Positions 58,766 to 64,000 of a stretch of 64,000 nt of DNA are shown here, one piece after another. The stretch comes from Armatimonadota bacterium. GTDB taxonomy: Bacteria > Armatimonadota > SYMT01. A model generated the notes under the pieces. The model saw nothing but the letters and a program-made list of their open reading frames with translations, was not told where the DNA came from and did no database searches. Position 1 is the first letter of the stretch. Every line of letters begins with the position of its first letter. The stretch covers positions 64,001 to 128,000 of the forward strand of contig JAWLHY010000003.1 of the NCBI GenBank assembly GCA_041690135.1, in the 5' to 3' direction. The translations under genes and the position numbers were made by a program.

Positions 58766-61319
58766 ACCGGCCTACGGGAGCGCCTGCGTTCTCTGACGCG
58801 GAAGGCCCGGGTACGGTGAGGTCCACCCCGGGTTCGAATACTTCCCAGTGTCCCATCCGCTGGATCAGGAGCATCAGCCGCATGCCGCCCTGGCGCGGAT
58901 AGCGCACGACGGCAACGCGACCGCCCTCGATCTCCGGAAGGGGGAAGTTGGCCGGCGCGGTGGCGGGAGGGTCTCCCGCGGACCGCACCTGCGCGAGCAA
59001 CCGGGGATAGGTGAACAGGAAGGCCAGGTCCCAACGCGAGAAGCGGGTTTCCAGACGGACGGCCTCCGGATCCGCCTGGGGAGCCACCCCCCCCTCGGGG
59101 CGGGCCTTCCAACCCTCGGCAAAGCGCTCCCGGTCCGGCGCGTGCTCCAGAGCCGATGGATGGGTGAGGAGCCGCATGGCCTCGAGGTCTCCCGTCTTCC
59201 AGGCTGCCAGGTACTTCCGCGCTACCGCCAGGATGGGCCTCTCCGCGGGAGCGGCGTAGGATACCCCGAACAGGGCACCGTCGCCCTTAACGGAACTGAG
59301 GCCGATGGGCTCGTACAGCAACCCCCCTACCACCTTCCACGCACCCCTCTCGCGGTGAACCACGAGCAGGACATTGACGCCCACGCCGCCGCGATATCCC
59401 ACCAGCGCCCAGGCGGAACGCGCAAGCGCGGTTCGCAGGCGTTGTCCGGCCTCACTCGCGGGGTCTACGCCCAGTAGCGCTCCCCACAGCAGCCGGGGCA
59501 CCAGGGGAATTGGATGGAGCTTCTCCGCGGTCAGCCCGGCCGCTTCCGGAGGGAGCAGGAGCGAATGCTGCCGGAGAAACGTCGCCCGATCGGGGCTGTA
59601 ACCCGGAGTAAGCGGGGACGTCAGCGCGTGCACCCCGGCTAGGTCGCCCGCCCGCGTGGCCTGAAGATACTCCGCGGCCGCCGCCCGGGCCCCGGAAAGG
59701 GCCTCGGGATCAGACAAGGGAAGCAGCGCAAAGGCGTCGGCGAGGTTCGCCGTGGGCGCGGCCGGCGCCGCGGGCGGCCGCGCCGGGGCCATTCGCACGT
59801 CGCCCAGATCCAGCTCACCCTGCGGGGGAGTGCGGTACTCCCGGCTCTCGAACAGCTGGCCCTGGACGGCCAATCCCACGAAGAAGGCCACGCCGCCCTT
59901 CAAGGCATCAAACGTAAAGCGGCCCTCCGGGTCGGTACGCCCCAGGCCGATCGGCCGAGTTCCATCGGGGCCCCGGTGAATTAACAGGACCTGCGTTTGG
60001 GATACCGGCTTCCCGCCGCCATCCAGGACGCGCCCACGCACCAGGGCCAGCACCCCCGATCGCAGCGAGAGCGTGGGCGGGGCCTTCAAGTCCCGGGGGC
60101 GCAGCACCTGCTCCGTCATCCCCGTGCCCGCCACGGCCCGCAGCACCACCTCCTCCGCTTCCCACGGGAACTGCGCCATGCTGAAACGGCCGTCCGGTCC
60201 GGTGGCGACGGGGTCCGCTAAGCACGGAGGCCAGTTTCGGCGCGTGTGGCGAATCTCCACTCCCACACGCGCTCCAGCCACCGCCTGCCCCGCCGCATCC
60301 ACCACCCGCCCGGTAAACGGTTCATTGCGCGTCTCCAGACGCACCGGTTCGTCCCGCTTTCCCTCTCGAACCCGCGCCGGGAACACGCGTCCGGCGATGG
60401 CCACCTCGTAGTCGCCCGGCTGCAGCCCATCGAACCGGGCGAGGCCCCGGGGATCCGTTACGCCGGTCATCGGATCGTCCCGCAATGGACTCAGGAGCAG
60501 ATCCTGTAGCTCCGTGAGGGGGCCTTCGGGGTCTAATGGCCAGGAGCGACGTACGGAGACCGTTGCATCCGGCACCGGTTTTCCCTCGGGCGTCTCCACC
60601 CGGGCCTCCAGTCCTCCCAGCCGGGTGACGATGAGCGTGCCCAACTCTTGCTGCCCGGGCGCGCCGAGGCGGAGTACCTGTGGGGTGCCCTGCGAAAGCA
60701 CGACGCCGCCGCCCAGCACCCAACCCACGCGGGTCCGGGCCGGCAGCCCGGTCCACTGAAACCGGCCATCCGCCCCGGATCGCCCCACCAACTCTCGCCG
60801 CACCCCTTGCGGCACCAGCAGCTGGGCATAAGCCCATGGATGCGGCGGCCCCGGCACCCCCGACGTCGTGGCGGGAGGCACGAAGCGGTCGACCCCGAAA
60901 GGCACCCCGGCCGCCGGTTTGCCATCGGCGGAGAGGAGCCGACCACTCAAAGTAACCGGGGCCGCCAGCTTCAGGGTGAGGGGGGAGGGTGCCTTTCCAC
61001 TCTTCAGGGTTCCGGTCTTTGGCTTCGACTGCGACAGGCGCTGCAGGGTCGGCGCCGCTCCGCGCGCGACGCCTCCCACGACGACCAACGGCACGGCGGG
61101 AATGGAAGCCGGCAGGCGGAACTGCCCCCGTGCGTCGGCTTCTCCCTCCACCAGGCCATGCTGCCGGCCCCCATCCGTCCACCCGACCCAAACTCGCGCG
61201 CCCGCAGCTGGTTTCCCGTTCGGCAACAGGGCCTTACCGGTCACAAGCTGCTCGGCCGCCGCCACCTCCGGCGCCAGCAAGACCAAAGCCCCAATTCCCC
61301 AAAGCCAGCTTCGAAGCAT
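58764..61319 (-). CDS. Secreted protein with multiple carboxypeptidase-regulatory-like (transthyretin-fold) repeats
   Basis: Repeated G.V.D..GKP..GA.V...TD..GRF units; signal peptide. Confidence 0.8.
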   Translation of the reverse strand: MLRSWLWGIGALVLLAPEVAAAEQLVTGKALLPNGKPAAGARVWVGWTDGGRQHGLVEGEADARGQFRLPASIPAVPLVVVGGVARGAAPTLQRLSQSKPKTGTLKSGKAPSPLTLKLAAPVTLSGRLLSADGKPAAGVPFGVDRFVPPATTSGVPGPPHPWAYAQLLVPQGVRRELVGRSGADGRFQWTGLPARTRVGWVLGGGVVLSQGTPQVLRLGAPGQQELGTLIVTRLGGLEARVETPEGKPVPDATVSVRRSWPLDPEGPLTELQDLLLSPLRDDPMTGVTDPRGLARFDGLQPGDYEVAIAGRVFPARVREGKRDEPVRLETRNEPFTGRVVDAAGQAVAGARVGVEIRHTRRNWPPCLADPVATGPDGRFSMAQFPWEAEEVVLRAVAGTGMTEQVLRPRDLKAPPTLSLRSGVLALVRGRVLDGGGKPVSQTQVLLIHRGPDGTRPIGLGRTDPEGRFTFDALKGGVAFFVGLAVQGQLFESREYRTPPQGELDLGDVRMAPARPPAAPAAPTANLADAFALLPLSDPEALSGARAAAAEYLQATRAGDLAGVHALTSPLTPGYSPDRATFLRQHSLLLPPEAAGLTAEKLHPIPLVPRLLWGALLGVDPASEAGQRLRTALARSAWALVGYRGGVGVNVLLVVHRERGAWKVVGGLLYEPIGLSSVKGDGALFGVSYAAPAERPILAVARKYLAAWKTGDLEAMRLLTHPSALEHAPDRERFAEGWKARPEGGVAPQADPEAVRLETRFSRWDLAFLFTYPRLLAQVRSAGDPPATAPANFPLPEIEGGRVAVVRYPRQGGMRLMLLIQRMGHWEVFEPGVDLTVPGPSASENAGAPVGR

Positions 61320-61337
61320 CACTATCCCCTTTTTCAG

Positions 61338-61560
61338 TAGGCAGTCGGCAGTAGGCAGTGGGCAGTGGGCAGTGGGCGGCGCTGGCGAAAGGCTGATTCC
61401 ACGTCCCCTCGGTCGGCGCCGCCCCAGCCGGCAACTGCCGCACCCACTGACCAACACCTGCACCCCAACGCCCAACGTTTACCCCCCAGCGGGGGGCCAA
61501 CGCCTAAAAACCTGAACACCCGAACACCCGAACGCCTGCCCGCCTGAATACCCAATGCCC
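61338..61560. repeat. Short tandem heptamer/octamer repeats
   Basis: (GGCAGT[AG/CG/GG])n at 61338-61376; CCAACRCC and CCYGAAYRC-type units at about 61450-61560. Confidence 0.7.
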
Positions 61561-61791
61561 ACCCCTTCCCTCATAGTCGGCCACAAGTCCCCCGCGCTCC
61601 TCGTTTGGCTGCGTTTCCAAAAAGTTCATTCGAACCGCCGCCGACAGGCAGGATTTTCGGGGTGCGAGCGACAACAGGTCGCGGGCACTGCGGCCCACCG
61701 GGTGCGCCGCACCCGCTTTAACACCCGGACGAAGCTGGATCAAAGCAACCAAACGCGGCGGTAGCTCGCACGCTGCAAGAGGAGATTTCGA

Positions 61792-62787
61792 GTGGCACGA
61801 CCCGTTACACTTTTTACCGGCCAGTGGGCCGACCTGCCCTTCGAGACGATGTGCCAGAAGGCCAAGGAGTTTGGCTACGACGGCATCGAACTGGCCTGCT
61901 GGGGCGATCACTTCGACGTCCAGAAGGCCCAGGACAAGGCCTACTGCGACGAGCGATGGGAAACGTTGAACCGTCACGGTCTGCAGTGTTTCGCCATCAG
62001 CAACCACCTGGTAGGGCAGGCCGTGTGCGATAACATCGACGCCCGCCATAAGGCGATCGTGCCGCCGTACGTCTGGGGCGATGGCGACCCGGAAGGGGTC
62101 CGGCAGCGGGCCGCCGAGGAGATGAAGGCCACGGCTCGCGCGGCCGCCAACATGGGACTGAAGGTGGTCAACGGCTTCACCGGCTCCTCGATCTGGCATC
62201 TGCTGTACTCGTTCCCGCCGGTTCTCCCGTCGCAGATCGAGAACGGTTTCCAGGACTTCGCCGATCGCTGGAACCCGATCCTGGATGAGTTCGACCGGGT
62301 GGGCGTGCGTTTCGCGCTGGAAGTGCATCCTACGGAGATCGCCTTCGACATCGCCTCCGCGGAGACGGCGCTCGCCGCCCTGGGACGCCGGGAGGCCTTT
62401 GGGTTCAACTACGACCCCAGCCACCTGGGTTACCAGAACGTCGACTATGTGCGGTTCATCGACCGGTTCGCGGATCGCATTTACCACGTCCATATGAAGG
62501 ACGTGTGGTGGTCCGCGGTGCCCGTGGAAGCCGGCGTGTTCGGCGGACACACCAACTTTGGGGATCCCCGCCGTGCCTGGGATTTCCGCAGCATCGGGCG
62601 GGGCCGGGTCGATTTCGAAGAGGTGATCCGCGCACTCAACCGCGCCAACTACTCCGGGCCGCTTTCGGTCGAGTGGGAAGACATGGGGATGGACCGCGAA
62701 GCCGGCGCCGCCGAGGCTGCGGCCGCCGTGAAGCGGTACGACTTCAAGCCCAGTACCCGTGCGTTCGACGCGGCATTCTCGGAATGA
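61792..62787 (+). CDS. Sugar phosphate isomerase/epimerase (xylose isomerase-like TIM barrel)
   Basis: [27 protein letters not shown] and SVEWED motifs. Confidence 0.92.
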   Translation: MARPVTLFTGQWADLPFETMCQKAKEFGYDGIELACWGDHFDVQKAQDKAYCDERWETLNRHGLQCFAISNHLVGQAVCDNIDARHKAIVPPYVWGDGDPEGVRQRAAEEMKATARAAANMGLKVVNGFTGSSIWHLLYSFPPVLPSQIENGFQDFADRWNPILDEFDRVGVRFALEVHPTEIAFDIASAETALAALGRREAFGFNYDPSHLGYQNVDYVRFIDRFADRIYHVHMKDVWWSAVPVEAGVFGGHTNFGDPRRAWDFRSIGRGRVDFEEVIRALNRANYSGPLSVEWEDMGMDREAGAAEAAAAVKRYDFKPSTRAFDAAFSE

Positions 62788-62947
62788 GCTTCCGGACGGA
62801 ACGGTAAGCGCCTCCAGTGCAGGCCGGCGATCCCAGCGGGAGAGCCGGCCTGCCTTGATTCCAGGTTGCGCCCCGTGTTAGCATTACCCCACTAATCCCT
62901 CCCAGCCCGATCGCTCGATCGTCTGGCACTCCCCTGGAGGTCTCCCG

Positions 62948-63331
62948 ATGCAGCACCGCGCCTATTCCGTAATCGGCGGAGCCGTGCTCGGCTTCAGTCT
63001 CGGTGTGATCTGCTTTGCCGGCGGCTGGGCCCGACCGGCGACCGCGCAGTTCCAACAGCCCTTGATCCCGCAGTCGCAACCGAACATCATCGGTCAGAAC
63101 GCGGGCACTACCCCGCCCGTTCAGCCGATCGAGATCCAGGCACTGGAAGCGGACCGGTTCGTGGTCGCCACGCGTGAGCCGCGCCTGGTGGCTCAGATCG
63201 GTCGAGAGGGTGCGGCCCAGAACATGATCGTGACCGTCGTGACGCACTACACGGTCAAGGAGAACCGGCTGATTCCGCTCGAACACGTGCGGGTGCCGGC
63301 CGGATACCGCCTCATCACCCTCGCCGAATAG
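62948..63331 (+). CDS. Secreted hypothetical protein
   Basis: GGAGG RBS; signal peptide ending in ATA. Confidence 0.65.
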   Translation: MQHRAYSVIGGAVLGFSLGVICFAGGWARPATAQFQQPLIPQSQPNIIGQNAGTTPPVQPIEIQALEADRFVVATREPRLVAQIGREGAAQNMIVTVVTHYTVKENRLIPLEHVRVPAGYRLITLAE

Positions 63332-63446
63332 CGCGGGCACGCGGTCCGCGGGCCGTTTTGTCCGGATAACCGGCGGGGATGCGCAGGCTGGCGTATAATG
63401 GGTCGGGGTTCTACCCCGAGAGTTTGTCGGCATTGAGGAATAGCGC

Positions 63447-63764
63447 ATGGATGCACGGTTTCGCTTCACCCGCCTCGTTCGGACCCAGAGTTCGGAAATC
63501 TACCTGATCTGGGAGGAAGAGAACCGGGTCGGGCAACTCGATCTCCACTACGCGGGCGAGACCATCCACGCAACGTTGATTCTGGAGACGGACCTGTCGG
63601 TGACCTCCGAAGAGGAGTTGCTCACGCAGATCGATGAGGATATCGTCTCCTCCTACCTGCCCAGTTTCGACCGCACGGATTTCCTCGTCACCGTCTTCCG
63701 CGGTGAAGAGATCAGCTCCTATACCGACTCCGGCAGCATGGAGCCGGAAGACGAAGAAGAATAG
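63447..63764 (+). CDS. Small acidic hypothetical protein
   Basis: GAGGA RBS, TATAAT at 63394-63399, terminator downstream. Confidence 0.75.
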   Translation: MDARFRFTRLVRTQSSEIYLIWEEENRVGQLDLHYAGETIHATLILETDLSVTSEEELLTQIDEDIVSSYLPSFDRTDFLVTVFRGEEISSYTDSGSMEPEDEEE

Positions 63765-63783
63765 TTCACGCCCCCGAAGCACG

Positions 63784-63823
63784 AAAGGGTGCTCCCGGAT
63801 CCGTTCCGGGAGCACCCTTTTTT
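63784..63823 (+). terminator. Rho-independent terminator
   Basis: AAAGGGTGCTCCCGGA-loop-TCCGGGAGCACCCTTTTTT. Confidence 0.9.
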
Positions 63824-63859
63824 GGTTTCTACTGGCCGAAGTGGGGCGGTTGTGCCTCG

Positions 63860-64000
63860 TTAATCCGCACCGTCCTGCCGGGCCCGTGCTACCACCAGAT
63901 CGGCAATGCTGTGGCCGGCGGTGAGCCCGTCGTCGCTGTCCGCGCGGTAGTGGATTCCGCCGTAGACCCGAGAGAGGGCCGCCTGGTCCGCGGCGGCTGC
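63860..64000 (-). CDS. C-terminal end of a vanadium-dependent haloperoxidase / PAP2-superfamily protein (partial)
   Basis: Manual translation ...DQAALSRVYGGIHYRADSDDGLTAG...QDGAD*; SRxxxxxHxxxD motif. Confidence 0.8.
   Translation of the reverse strand, partial: AAAADQAALSRVYGGIHYRADSDDGLTAGHSIADLVVARARQDGAD

Noticed and set aside
61560-61790. Riboswitch or ncRNA upstream of the isomerase
   Set aside because: No recognisable conserved RNA motif by eye; an Rfam/Infernal scan would be needed.

Overview
High-GC bacterial DNA. The two prepilin/DUF1559 '[24 protein letters not shown]' genes, the sulfatases and the CHAT-TPR proteins suggest Armatimonadota; this is an inference. The centrepiece (about 7.2-21.5 kb) is a lasso-peptide (RiPP) island built as two converging arms. 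The right-pointing arm is DUF1559 prepilin, lasso cyclase, an unannotated 52-aa precursor with a non-canonical leader, the RRE (B1) and the peptidase (B2). The left-pointing arm is an RHH/Zn-finger regulator, a PrmA-like methyltransferase, a secreted protein, a GH-like/redoxin/selenocysteine-peroxiredoxin fusion, a second DUF1559 paralog, an HPr-type kinase and a nucleotidyltransferase. A divergent ABC exporter is frameshifted in a G8 tract. A shared AT-rich motif (TATACACAC[TGA]) lies upstream of three genes in the island. Two in-frame UGA codons look like selenocysteine: 16713-16715, with a SECIS-like hairpin, and 33-35. The rest of the window holds an ECF sigma factor fused through a Tat-like segment to a degenerate ThuA domain, two signal-peptide-bearing CHAT/TPR proteases, sulfatases, PhoX, an M14 peptidase, an Rpn-type nuclease, stress-type genes and several families of intergenic palindromic or short tandem repeats. 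No rRNA, tRNA or CRISPR array was recognised.
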